Positions 1 through 13,700 of a stretch of 64,000 nt of DNA are shown here, one piece after another. The notes under the pieces are model-generated. The model was not told the origin of the DNA. It made no database searches and saw only the letters and a list, made by a program, of their open reading frames with translations. The stretch covers positions 851,693 through 915,692 of the forward strand of contig NW_018406224.1 of assembly GCF_002113885.1 (NCBI RefSeq). The letters are read 5' to 3'. The stretch is from Mizuhopecten yessoensis. Taxonomy: Eukaryota. The first letter of the stretch is position 1; each line of letters begins with the position of its first letter. Position numbers and translations under genes: made by a program.

Positions 1-129
1 AACATAATTGGGAAACTCCAGCACAAGCAAACATGTTATATTTCCTGTGCATGCAATCAATATGAACCAATCAGACAACTATTATAAAGATGAGGTACCT
101 TACCTACAGAGAATATGGACCTTACATAT

Positions 130-390
130 ACCTCATGTATATGTGCATGCATACAAGATGTACTTGATGTATAGGTGTAATCTGATGTATAGAAGGTATA
201 TATATACCTGATGCATGGAAGGTGTATATATACCTGACCTATAGGAAGTGTATACCTGATGTATAGAAGGTATATATACCTGATGCATGGAAGGTGTATA
301 CCTGACCTATAGGAGGTGTTTACATGATGTATAGAAGGTATATACCTGATGTTTAGAAGGTGTATACCTGATGTATATAAGGTGTATATC
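130..390. repeat. ~22-26 bp minisatellite (TACCTGATGTATAGAAGGTGTA-like)
   Basis: About ten degenerate tandem units visible. Confidence 0.85.
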
Positions 391-469
391 TTAAGGTGTT
401 TTTTTTATCAATTGTCGCCTTTTTACTCTTGGGGAGGGGATACATTTTGCTATAGTTTATGGAAATAAG

Positions 470-826
470 ACTTTTCAAGATCTGTTTTATCCATTTTCAG
501 TAGTAACAACTTGGTTGGAGTTGTGATCATGTGGATGCTAAGGGCCTGAGAGGCGGAGGCAAAAGGAGCCAAAATAGCTCAAACAATAATTGTCTACTTC
601 CAGATCCAGATATGTTGAAAACCTTCTCATGGATGGAAATATCCTGATGTGCTTAATCAAAATGTGAATTTCACAACCCCTTGGGTACCAATTCCTCCCT
701 GGTGAGGGGCAAAATTTCCCTTCTATACATATATATATATGTAATTTTTATTTTTGACATATCACAACAACAAATAACAATTGCATTACAACTCAGGTGA
801 CCTGTTAGGCCCATGGGGCTCTTGTT
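470..826 (-). mobile_element. Fragment of Helentron-associated non-autonomous element (HINE-like), terminus at ~826
   Basis: Reverse complement reads AACAAGAGCCCCATGGGCCTAACAGGTCACC, nearly the same terminus as the element at 62757. Confidence 0.6.
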
Positions 827-2759
827 TCAAAGTACTGTATTAGTTGGATGTGTTGATATTGGCTTCCACTGATAATCCCACTACTTACCGATAATTAGAT
901 GTGGGTTACAGGGACATGTCACATGCTTATTAAGTGTGCAGCAAAATATATATATACTGTGATGCCCATTCATTATATATAATATCTTCCATTGTATATA
1001 TAAACGAGTACCTGGTAGTATTTGACATGTCTCTATAGACTTAAGGTTATGGAATTATGCACTATAGAAATATTCAAATTTCAAATATTTCATATCAATA
1101 TGGATTGAGTGTCGGTGCTATATATTTAAAAAAAAAAACTGTTCAAAACAGTGGATTCTCAAACAGAATTTGTTCTGTATCAAAAAATATATTGGTTTTT
1201 GGGCTGAAATATCTATCCTAGATGTTATTATTAAAAAGAGTTATACAATACTTATCCACAAGTTTTTGAGTCTTGAACCCAAATGTTAAGCACATGTATC
1301 AGTAAACTGAATATTTCTCTTGAAACTGCTTCAAACTTTGGGGGAAAAGTTCTATTTGTACCATATTGTCCCCTGAGTGATAAAATTCATTTGGAAAAGG
1401 AACTGAAATACAAGACATTCTTCATTTTTGAAATAATATATCTAAGTTACCTAAGTTTATGATCTAGTGCCAGTCACTTTTCATAAATAAAGATGATGAG
1501 ATTAATTTAATATAATAAAATAACCTGGCTATAGTGATATGTACACATACATAGTTTATTCCTGATAAAAAAATTGCCTGTAAAAATATATTTTATTATG
1601 AATTTTTTCTTGGACTTAAAATTAACCTAGAGAGGTCAAGTTAGATCAAATGTAAAAATAAGCAGTTAATGTCCTGGGTATAATAAGTTGTATTTCATTA
1701 TACATATTCTTCGTGTATTTTAGATTTGATTATATCTGGTAGATTGCAAGATTCTTTACCACCAAGTCTAAATTAACATATAGGACAGTCTTTGAAAAAT
1801 GGGACAAAATCTAAACAAGCTACTTGGGTGGGCGACTCACTGAGGGTGGGTTAACTAATTTGATTGGTTTGGAAGAACACTGAACAGTTGTACATGCCCT
1901 TTACCTGTTGACTCACAAAATACATGAACACAAACTTTAAACCATGAATTTATAACACAGGATAATCAGCAGAAATCAATAAGTTTTGCTTACAACAAAG
2001 AAGTCAAGTGATGTGAATGATAAATGTTGAATCAACTAACTCAGCTTTCTGACATCAACTATAAGACAAGACCTCATTAATAATATAAACCAAACCCCTC
2101 CCCCCTCCCCAAATCAAACCAAACTAGAATTCTTCAACGAGGCTGTGTACGAAAAATAACATAAATCAAGATGAATTTTAAAATCTCACTTTATATTTGA
2201 GTATGTGGTGACTGATTATGACAATATTTCTGCGCTCTTACCGAGTTTGGCATCATTACACCGTCACAATATAAATCCTCAGCAAACTACTTTCATTTGT
2301 CTCATTCTGGTTGAAAATGACGTACAACAGATTAATAAATGACAGTGATTCTCACTAATAAGAACTATATCTAAACCTTTGGATTTTAGGCCAACGAAAC
2401 TAAATTGTCATTTGAATAAATAAACATGTAGCAACTTCACAGACATTTTCTAAGTTCTCAATGGCTCTTTAGAACACTCGAGTTTCTTTCGGAAAAGTTT
2501 ATAACTCTGGATTATTCCAGCCATTTTAGAATATATTAATGTGTGATTCCTAACACTAATATTTTAAAATGTATGCGTAAATATAATAATTAATATTTGA
2601 ATATATCAACTAAAATTCTATATTGGTGTTAGTTATACTTCCTGTTGAAAAATAAGCTAGTTTTACACAGCTCCCGTTTATCGGACTCGTGATCTAAGTA
2701 CAACGGGAGCAGTCATTTTCAAACATTTCTTCTTTGTCGGTCTCGCGAGAGTCTCGTTC

Positions 2760-3145
2760 TTTATAAGATATCTCATAAACTTTTCTTTATAAGATATCTT
2801 ATATCTTTTATGAGATATCTTATATAATATATAAGATATCTTATATATTATATAGGATATCTTATAAAAGATATAAGATATCTTATAAATTATATAAGAT
2901 ATCTTGTATGTTTATAAGATATCTCATAAAGTATATAAGATATCTTATATACTATATAAGATATCTTGTATGTTTATAAGATATCTCATAAACTTTTCTT
3001 TATAAGATATCTCATAAACTTAAAATAAGATATCTTATATGTTTATAAGCTATCTTATATGTTTATAAGATATCTTATAAACATACAAGATATCTTATAT
3101 AATTTATAAGATATCTTATATACTTTATGAGATATCTTATATAAT
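2760..3145. repeat. Array of 21-22 bp units built on the palindrome ATAAGATATCTTAT
   Basis: About 17 units, with spacers in both orientations (gtatgttt / aaacatac). Confidence 0.9.
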
Positions 3146-4899
3146 TTGGTTAAGTACTGGATCAACATTGCTCCATGAATAAATGACGACTTGGCTTGCC
3201 ATAGGTAACCTAAAAACCAAGCGCGCCACCCAACCTGAACTTCTTTTAGGAAGCAGGAGGTGTACCAGCCCGTCTATGCTTCAGGTTTTTGTTTTTTGTT
3301 TTGCTGGGGTTTCTATACATCAAACATAAATACGATTCCCATATATTCTCAATATATTCATGTACATAACATTCCATATAAAATATATTTAAATTCAATT
3401 TAGATTTAAAACGTGTACGTTCCGTCTGCGTCCGACGCTAGAATGACACAATAACAACCACCCGTGTCCTACCCAACACACATGCTCCAACCTCATTGGT
3501 CAATAATAAATCGCACGAATTACTCGCCCTAATACGATCTTCACGTAAATATAGGACAAATATAACGCGCTTTTCTCCGAAACGCGCGCAAATTTAATTC
3601 TGATATAACGTGCGAAATATGTAATTATTATACATTTACAACTCGATGGATTTTCGCATGTATTTCAGTCACGTAAACAGGCCTATGACTTTGGTGCAGA
3701 TTGTCCGATTTTATGTCACAGTGTCTTCCAAAACTCCATCTATATTCCCCTGGCGTTTAATTTGCACATTCGTTCAGACTGGCCTTTCATTTGATTAATC
3801 TACCACACAAAAATGGTTGCTATATATTGTACGCCCCAAACAGCTATTGTGCAACGCTTGAACGAAAATCGAATCGTCTGAGTGAGCAAGATGATCTAAT
3901 TCAGAAGTCCTTCATTTACGTGTAGCTTGTGATTGTCACATAGCTGACTTGATGAGTTGTAGCCTTCCTGTCGCACATTTCGCCGTCTTTGTGCAAAGCC
4001 CAGGACTAAAGTAGTGCTGATAGTGACACCACATATTAGGATATTTTAACTGGGGATAGGTTTGGCCGTTGATTTCCCAAAGCGTCGTCCATTCGACCCC
4101 TCTTAAAGTATAGAACGGATTTATACGGCAAAAAGTCTCTTACTTTCTTATAAATCTTATATAAACTTAATATATTTTATGTAGAATACGTAAAACTAGG
4201 GTTGTTTGCGGTATTGGAAGAACCAGGCGAAGTCTTTATATTCAGTTGTGCATCTTTATTCAGTGTATTGTTAAAACGGGATATGGAAAAAGTCCCAAAA
4301 ATATAAATAATAAAAACCTATAACAAATAATTCCTATTCAAGCACGCGTAGAATAATGGCGCGAATTGACTGCAAATTCAAACTATGAACACAACATCTA
4401 CGTAAAGTTGTATCAATCACAAAATTACCAACCTGGCATATTTAACACCAGTAAGTATGAAAAATACTATTCAAATTACATTTACAATTTACGTTATAAT
4501 TAAATCGTAACACAGGAATGCGTATCGTGTACTCTATATCGGGAATCAGACATTTAATTCCGTTTAATGGTAATTGTCATAAAATCCTTACTGCACAAGT
4601 ACTCTTCTAACATTAAATAGCAATAAGGAAGAACCAGGATTTGCTGACAGCATTAACTATGGTACGGAAGTCCTAAAATCTATTTGGAAATCTATACAAA
4701 ATCACACATATGCATCATATTTTGTGGGGTTTTTTATAATGTAAAACCGATTAAAGTCTGTGCGATTCTTACAATAACGAAGACCGTCCACGGCCGAATG
4801 AGTGGTATTTTTGCTAGTTTGTGTCTAAAAATAATGTCTTTATTAATCTGAAGCGAACAAAACATAGTTAACTGTATCTACAATAGGACAACAGGAATT

Positions 4900-7285
4900 C
4901 ATTAACAGACACTAAAATCACACAAAGTTCACTTTTATAACACTTAGATCATGTAAAATTTACTAATACACACTAGGAATGTATAGTTTACTTACATACA
5001 CTATGATCACACACACTTTATCAACATACACTAGGATCACACAAAGCTAAGCTGTTGATAGGACGTTAAACCATATAACGCCAAACCAAAACCAAACACA
5101 AAGCTTACTAACATATACTAGAATCTCACAAAGCTTACTAACATATCCTAGGATCACAAAAAGCTTGCTAACATACACTAGAATCTCACAAACCACTACC
5201 ATACACAAGGATCACACAAAGCTTACTTTCATACACTAGGATCACACAAAGCTTACAAACATATCCTAGGATCACAAAAAGCGTGCTAACATACACTAGA
5301 ATCACACAAAGATTACTAACATACACTAGGATAACACAAAGCTTACTAACATATCCTAGAATCACACACAGCTTACTAACATATACTAGAATCTCACAAA
5401 TCTTACTAACATACCCTAGATTCACACAAAGCTTACTAACATATCCTAGGATCACACAAAGCTTACTAACATACCCTAGGATCACACAAAGCTTACTAAC
5501 ATACACTAGAATCTCACAAACTTACTACCATACACAAGGATCACACAAAGCTTACTTTCATACACTAGGATCACACAAAGCTTACTAACATACACTAGAA
5601 TCTCACAAATCTTACTAACATACACTAGGATCACACAAAGCTTACAAACATATCCTAGGATCACACACAGCTTACTAACTATACTAGGATCACACAAAGC
5701 TTACTAACATATCCTAGGATCACACACAACTTACTAACATATCCTAGGATCACAAAAAGCTTCCTTTCATACACTAGGATCACACAAAGCTTACTAACAT
5801 ACACAATTTAATCTCACAAATCTTACTAACATACACTAGGATCACACAAAGCTTACTTACATATCCTAGGATCACACACAGCTTACTAACATATACTAGG
5901 ATCACACAAAGCTTACTAACATATCCTAGGATCACACAAAGCTTACTTACATATCCTAGGATCACACAAAGCTTACTAGTATACACAAGGATCACACAAA
6001 GCTTACTTTCATACATTGTATACACTAGGATCACACAAAGCTTACTAACATACATTAGAATCTCACAAATCTTACTAACATACACTAGGATAACACAAAG
6101 CTTACTAACATATCCTAGGATCACACACAGCTTACTAACATACATTGTATACACTAGGATCACACAAAGCTTAATTTCATACACAAGGATCACACAAAGC
6201 TTACTTACATTACACCAGGATCATACAAAGCTTACTAACATACACTAGGATCACACAGAGCTTACTAACATACACTAAGATCACACTAAGCTTATCAACA
6301 TATCCTAGGATCACACAAAGCTTACTTTCATACACTAGGATCACACAAAGCTTACTTACATACATTGTATACACCAGGATCATACAAAGCTTACTTGCAA
6401 ACATTGTATACACTAGGATCACACAGAGCTTACTAACATACATAGTATACACTAGGATTACACAAAGCTTACTAACATACATTGTATACACTAGGATCAC
6501 AAAAAGCTTACTAACATGCATTGTATACACTAGGATTACACAAAGCTTACTAACATACATTGTATACACTAGGATCACACAAAGCTTACTAGTATACACT
6601 AGGATCACACAAAGCTAACTAGCATACACTTGGATCACACAAAGCTTACTAGTATACACTAGGACCACACAAAGCTTACTAGTATACACTAGGATCACAC
6701 AAAGCTAACTATTATACACTAGGATCACACAAAGCTAACTAGCATACACTTGGATCACACAAAGCTTACTAGTATCCACTAGGATTACACAAAGCTTACT
6801 AGTATACACTAGGATCACACAAAGCTTACTACTGTAGTATACACTAGGATTACACAAAGCTAACTAGCATACACTAGGATCGCACAAAGCTTACTAACAT
6901 ATACTAGGATTACACAAAGCTTACTAACATACATTGTATACACTAGGATTACACAAAGCTTACTAACATATACTAGGATTACACAAAGCTAACTGGCATA
7001 CACTAGGATCGCACAAAGCTTACTAACATACACTAGGATCACACAGAGCTTACTACTGTAGTATACACTATGATTACACAAAGCTAACTAGAATACACTA
7101 GGATCGCACAAAGCGTACTAACATATACTAGGATAACACAAAGCTTACTAACATGCAATGTATACACTAGGATCACACAAAGCTTACTACTGTAGTATAC
7201 ACTATGATTACACAAAGCTAACTAGCATACACTAGGATCGCACAAAGCTTACTAACATATACTAGGATCACACAAAGCTTACTGA
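4900..7285 (+). repeat. 30-bp minisatellite CACACAAAGCTTACTAACATACACTAGGAT with 39-bp variants (+ATTGTATAC)
   Basis: Roughly 75-80 tandem units; source of the YVSKLCVILV shadow ORFs. Confidence 0.98.
5049..5095 (+). mobile_element. Extremely 5'-truncated SINE/LINE tail inserted in the satellite
   Basis: CTGTTGATAGGACGTTAAAC...(AAACC)n tail flanked by 10-bp direct repeat ACACAAAGCT (5039-5048, 5096-5105). Confidence 0.7.
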
Positions 7286-8351
7286 CGTGCTCTTTTATTA
7301 TTCTACGTTTACCGTACCGAACTTTCCCTGAGATTATCATGTGATTTTAGTTTGTTTCTTCTGCTTATCTTTCTAACATGAAATGTGTTTTGTTATGTGC
7401 TACCTATAGCTTTGAACAGCAATAACTTCCAGGCTAGTTTTCCGCGTGGTTTTAAATCAATACCATTGTGTACATTCCTCATACTTAATTTGACATATAA
7501 AATGTAAAAGCTATAGAGAACATTCCATCATTTTTCTTGGACTTGTCTTACGCCGCATTACGTGTCTTTACGCATTAAATGTTATATACATCCACAAACT
7601 AACATTCGCTATTTTTGACACAGTAAAGACCTATTCTGTTCTTGATTCGTGCTGAATAACCGTCGTTTTCAAACTGGTAGTTAGGCGAGTTACGTGGTTT
7701 ATATCACAATCGGGCCGGAAGTGCGCGCGGTAATGGAGGAACAGACGCAGATAAATCAACCGTAAGTGGTACCGCTTCCAATTTTTCCATTATCGCGATC
7801 AGTAATAGGTGTTTCTACGAGAGGTTGTACAGGAGGTATTCGTATATGGTGTTAGATCGTCACCGTTTATGCTACACCTGTTTCTTTGTCTAAGATCTCA
7901 AAAATCTGTAGGAAAGTCTCGCTTTAACTCGATTCTGAGGCGATATAGGAGTTTAGACAGAGGTAGACTTGACACTTTTGTCACTCTTTTACTCTTGCAA
8001 ATTTCAACTACATAAGAAGGAATGTTGGACACAGAAATTTGAGACCTGTTGATAGTTATCTATATCTAGCCAGAGTTAAAGATCTCTATTGAAAGAAATG
8101 TAGGTTGCAATGTGACAATCAGCTTTCATCATCTACAATGGTATATTACCTGCCGAACCAAAAAAGGGAATGATGCAATTCATCTGGCGGTCTAAAGACG
8201 TGAAAGGAAGGTGTAGTATATCTTAAGATTCTTTGGAAAACCGAATATTATATTCGACTTAATATTAACTTTAAATAATAAATTTTACATCAATTATGAA
8301 ACAAGTTTTCCAACTTTTGTGACTCACTCTTGTTGACCCGATTCTTAATGA

Positions 8352-8470
8352 GGGAGGAAATCTGAGAGTCTGGAGAAAAGCCACGTGATTGTGCAGGTGA
8401 CCCAATACCTATTTCCGTCCAATAGTGGATTCAAATCCCGCGGTTATCCTATGCGCCACCCGACAACTCA
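8352..8470 (-). mobile_element. Decayed SINE fragment (V-domain-like)
   Basis: GGAGGAAATCTGAGAGTCTGGAGAAAAGCCACG resembles the reverse complement of the V-SINE central domain (GGAGGAAACCGGAG...CCGGAGAAAACCCACG). Confidence 0.4.
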
Positions 8471-11400
8471 TATATATTCCAAACTAAACATGTATGAACT
8501 CATATTTAGTAACAGAGACAATCTCCTCTTTGTTATCATTTCTGCTCGGTGGAAGACTGCCATAGACAGTCAAAGATACACACGTTGTAGCAGACATAAC
8601 GTCTTGTTGAGGGCTGCTGTATATAGTCATGGACAGACATAAAGCAACAGAGATACCATCCTCTATGTTATTAAACACTACTGATTTGGACATCAAAGCT
8701 ATGCACGTTTACATATATGTATAAAATGTCTTGAATGTTTTAAATAAACCCCTATTCCTTTCGAAAATCCTTGATCCGCTCCTGTAAAGTGTACGGATTT
8801 TTTAAAATGTTCTTTATATTTGATAAAGGGTTTGAGTTTTAGCGTATTCTGCTGTGTTTCCATAGCCGAAACACGCATGCATTGTAAGTTGCTGTTGCAG
8901 TTTAAGGTGACACACCACCAATATACTTGTCTTGTACAGGCAACGTATAATGAAGCGTCTGGTTCGCGTGAAAGCTCTTGGGAAGCTGCCAGGAAATTTA
9001 AGGACCGAACTACCAAGCATATCTCAGCCGATACCGTAGCTATAACTGATACGTTTAATAATAAAATTCAAACAAACGTAGAAGTAAATGTATGTTTCCT
9101 TTTAAGAAAGAAATGATTTCACACGATATTTCCGACGGCATCGGAAATGAGTGCGTACCGTCTGTATATCTTTGAAAAATACCTAATGAATTCTGGTTTC
9201 ATTGATAACATGTCTCTAAAACATGTATAAGATTTGCAATTTCAGAACTATAATTGTAGGAATACCATAAACCACCAGTATTTATCAGGTAACTTCCACA
9301 TTAGAAAACACGCTGCATAGCTACTCTTATTTAAAAAGATTGATTGAATATGCTTTGCATGCCATGCTGTTTTACTTGAGAATATTGATTTGTAGATTGA
9401 TAAAAGGTTTGGGTACTGCAACTTGGAGAAATATACGCAAATAGGATAGCGTGTAGAAGGATTGAGCAGATTTGTGTATAGCCATGTTGGTATGAACGAA
9501 TAAAGGTAACATACATTAACCCATTAATATTTCTTTTCTAAAAATACAGCTATTAATCATTTTATTGAAAAAAATCCTCAAATTATGATTTCTGTGTGTA
9601 TTGTCCATGACACGATATTGACGGAACAGCAGTCCAGCAGTCATAGTCACTTGTGAGATTGCTTCAAAGCACGGACTGCTATATCTTCCACACTAACTTT
9701 TAAAATGACGACATAATCAAATCACGTGTCTACTTATACATCCATAATACTATAAACACAACTTTATTTTGGATAGTTGATAAGCAAAGACATGCTACAA
9801 CACTCACAGACAATGTTGGTAAGACGTCATTATTGGAACATGGTCACCCCGGGTTCCTTCGCTTTTGTGAGAGGAAATTATACCTTAAACAAGATATTGC
9901 CAAGGACATTACATAACGATTTCTTGTGTAAGAGGCAATATGGGTACAATACACAGGAGATGGTATTTATCACTTTCATACTGGAGATTACCAAATAAAA
10001 ACCACGTGTTTCTCACTTAGATTTTAAACCGAGGTTTATTATCATCTACAACAACAATAGAAAAGACTCTGGCGAAAGCTTGATCTCAGACCTTACCAAA
10101 CACAGGGCTACCACATAAATAAACGATCAACTGGATACCCTCTGTTTATCGATTCGCTGTTTACAGTTCGGCAGATTTAGATCAAAGTAACGTTACGATA
10201 CTGTGCCCGGTTTGTATAAAGCTCGGAACCCCTCTGCCCGTATGTCCATATCGGAACATTAACAGGCGATGTGACGGCTTCACGTGCTAACAAAAATAAA
10301 GGTAGGCGTAATTACCCATTTAACACAGATTCCAGGCAAACGCAATCGTGGCAATCGATCTTTCTGCATGTAACATATCAGGTTTCGATTCGTTTGTTTA
10401 AATTAATTTAAAATCAAGATACCATCTTAACGGGAAACGGAACGATATGCTTTTCTAGTGCAATGTGGGTTGATTGTGAATTGGCAAAGACATACACAGT
10501 CATGTTCTCTACTCTAAAGCGTTTACATAGAATGAGACTTATATTGACTGTCCTTTGCAGTTTTCCTAAATGTCAACGTACTAACTGAAATTACTGTGTA
10601 ACAACAGTACAGAAAGTAATATGGCTGCTTTGGCTGGATAAACAAGTTTAGACAATCACAGTCCGGTATATGCACAACTCTTTTAGCTCATGGCATTTTC
10701 CCTAAAATTGCCAGAGTGAAGATGCGAACCTATAGTATCGTTGGCTTCGATTATTGTTTCGTATATAGGATGATCTGTAAATCTTGCAATGGTTGATTGG
10801 CTAAGGCGAGTGATTTTATAGCTATAGTAATCCTCATTACTGATTCCTATAGGAATGAAAGAGATCAGACAGAAGATTTATGAATGTTTTTGTTTCTTCT
10901 TTGTTCAAATGAGTTAAGTATGCGTTTGATCTAGGGTAGTGGTGTGTAGGAGTACGCAGGTATATACATATATATAAAGATATAACGTATTAAACAGCAC
11001 ACAGAAGTATACAGACGGAACAGGTGGTGCAATTGATGCATAGTTGCTCTCTGATCCGAGAGTGTCGAAAGTTCATTAATTTATTGTGGTGTTATCAATT
11101 ATCTAACTTGATAACACACCCGGTAGCTAATTCGAGTGATGGAATGAATATCAAATCATCCTTTGTTATGTAGTATCTAAGCACATTGTCATTATCTCTG
11201 TTTTTGCTTAACTTTTTAAATGAATATTAAGTCCACTATTAATCACCGTACATATTATTGTACGTCATACAAACCACCATATTTTTGTTACAGCGCACGA
11301 GTCTCCTTCGATCAATACATTTCCTTAATAATAAATCAAATCACAATGAATGTTACACGAGTGGAATATTCCAATATTGTTTACGGTTTTGTGCGATTTA

Positions 11401-11549
11401 ATCAATTAATCATAACGTTAGCTATATACAATATGACTTCATAACGGTATTTACATAATAGCTACATGTAATCATTAATGTGAGATAAAATGTCATATCA
11501 TCGTTCCAGTTAATATCTGGTCCATGCGTATCTTAATGGATCATTTCAT

Positions 11550-11782
11550 TAGGTCGGTTGTTTTTCACCGGTTAATCCGGCTTTCCCTCACCACCAAAAC
11601 CTGGTACGTCCTTAAATGACAGATGTTTACAGGACGTAAAACCTGGTACGTCCTCAAATGACAGATGTTTACAGGAGGTAAAACCTGGTACGTCCTCAAA
11701 TGACAGATGTTTACAGGAGGTAAAACCTGGTACGTCCTTAAATGACAGATGTTTACAGGACGTAAACCCCAACAAACCAACC
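11550..11782 (+). mobile_element. SINE 3' half whose 42-bp terminal stem-loop unit is tandemly repeated four times
   Basis: V-like domain (GGTCGGTTGTTTTTCACCGG..TCCGGCTTTCC), then 4 units AAAACCTGGTACGTCCTYAAATGACAGATGTTTACAGGA(C/G)GT, then an AAACC tail. Confidence 0.65.
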
Positions 11783-11798
11783 CTTCTCTGTCCACCAG

Positions 11799-12140
11799 TT
11801 ATGATAACTGAAGTCTGGTTTGATGATCTTTGTCCTCGATCGTTTTTCCTTTGACTTTTGACCTAGTGTATTCTCGTTGACTTTGATTTTCTGTGTGTTT
11901 CCATTGATCTTGCGAGAGAACCCCAAACATCGCCTGTTTCCCTAATAGCTGGTGCCTTGCATCTATTACAATCGATTGTGTAGAAGCATTGAGAGAGGTT
12001 TTCTTTTGGTGGTTTATTCGATTTACTGTGATATTCATGTATCTGAAGGAGTTTCTTCTCAGTGTTGCTTTGCCTTGGTTGTGATATATATGCTTGAGTT
12101 CTGAGATGATTTTGATGTCGGAGAAAACAACCTGGTCTTT
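11799..12140 (-). mobile_element. Decayed Penelope-like element, GIY-YIG endonuclease fragment
   Basis: ORF 11863-12243 contains CFYTIDCNRCKAPAIRETG...LARSMETHRK, matching the PLE consensus VVYxIxCxxCxxxYIGETGRxLxxRxxEH. Confidence 0.55.
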
Positions 12141-12148
12141 GTTTATAT

Positions 12149-12240
12149 TCCGTTTGCTTTGTTAGGTGGGTTGGACACGGCTTGTTGTCCGTTTGCTTTG
12201 TTAGGTGGGTTGGACACGGCTTGTTGTCCGTTTGCCTGCT
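12149..12240. repeat. 39-bp tandem duplication (CCGTTTGCTTTGTTAGGTGGGTTGGACACGGCTTGTTGT x2+)
   Basis: Direct inspection. Confidence 0.9.
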
Positions 12241-13045
12241 CATATTAATAAACTTATAAAGAGAATATAAACGGCACTGTCATGGTTCGAACCCTTGATC
12301 TTTATGTGAAACTCCTTCATCTAAATATAACTGCCTATTCGACAACGTTTAACTAGTATACAGATGATTTTATTTTCGCATTTAGTGAATAATCAAAAAC
12401 TGAAAATATTACTTTGGTGTAAGTTTGGTAATGGAAAATATCTTAACAGATATTTTTTGTTATCAAGTTCAACTGCGTTTCTTTGTTTCGAAAACAGGCG
12501 TTTGGGTAAGGACGATTTCCCACTCACACGTGTCGATCCACATTTGCTAATTCCACATTGTCATTGGATGAACCAACATAGAATTCGTAAATAGATAATT
12601 GATTACTCGTGAACTGTACGTGTTCACAAGCAAATAGTAATTGGTATACCACTTTCCCATTAATACATCAGTTTGTAAGTTATCATTCGACTTACAAATT
12701 GTTTTCCTATCACTTTTACAAGATAGGATTCTCAGCTATGTATAAAATATCTTTATATCAAACCTGTGGTCGAGTCTCAGGACGAGATATATATTTTACC
12801 ATTTTACTTGTCGTCGATGTCTTCCTACAAGTCTTGCTCTTCAATTGATTAAGATTTGCTGGTGACATATCCTTCCTTGAAAGACTGTTCCTATTTTTTT
12901 TGTTAACATCTCTTGTACTTATTCCTTGCTTTCTTTGAAAAGATCTCTATGTTGGCACTCGACTGGATATGCTGATGATTGATAAGAAACTCAAGTAACA
13001 AATAATTAGTGGTTCCTTGATTAAAGCGAATTTATCCGCCATCTT

Positions 13046-13238
13046 TACTTTAGAATCCCTCATTTTTATGGGGGGTTTAATTTTGTGAATAATCTTCATC
13101 CACAAATTAATAGGTCCACAAATAATGACACGTTTAAATGGTTAATCGTAATCCACGAATTCTTGTACCCACCGAAATATTCTTATTGTAGGGAAACAAC
13201 GAAATTTTGACCTCATGAAAATATCTGATTTCACAGTA
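13046..13238. mobile_element. TA-flanked MITE (TACTGT-type ends) inserted in the TRPM-like fossil
   Basis: Ends TACTTTAGAATC ... GATTTCACAGTA with internal CCACGAA repeats; removing it restores KYLKIKMADKF. Confidence 0.6.
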
Positions 13239-13339
13239 TCTTCAAATATTTTCAATTATACGCATTAAATCCGTTAAATTGAAATGCCGATGACAAAATC
13301 TCAGTTCCTTTTGATGCAATTTGTTATAGAAGATTAATT

Positions 13340-13700
13340 GAAAAGGACAGTAGAACATAAACCATATTTCTCTCCTTAATTAGCAGGTTTGGTTCATCAA
13401 TATTAATAATGGAAGACAGAGATAAATTTGTATGACACTGCATGGTGGATGATATGTATATCTATTCGCCAAATGTTAAAATTAAACAGCTATAACAGAC
13501 AAAAGGCAACACTTTAATTGGGCGAGCGGCAGAAAGCAATCTGTTAAAACAAATAACCGTAGCATTCGTTAAATACGCTCCTCCAATAACTGCAACTCGA
13601 CTGTCATTTTCGGAAATTATGAACAGCCAATCAATTTCGGGACAAAAACATCGTTATAATTGATATTGGAAAGAGAAAACAGTTCGTTATGTATTCAGAT
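13340..13700 (+). pseudogene. Inverted internal segment of the TRPM-like fossil (MHR3/4)
   Basis: Plus strand reads ILIMEDRDKFV*HCMVDD..VKIKQL*QTK..RLSFSEI..GQKHRYN, resembling TRPM ALVMDRVxFVKLLIENGV..RLEELYNTK..KITLIDIG..GGTYRC. Confidence 0.5.

Noticed and set aside
5186-6608. Hydrophobic YVSKLCVILV repeat ORFs
   Set aside because: Translation of the 30/39-bp satellite; no unique coding context.
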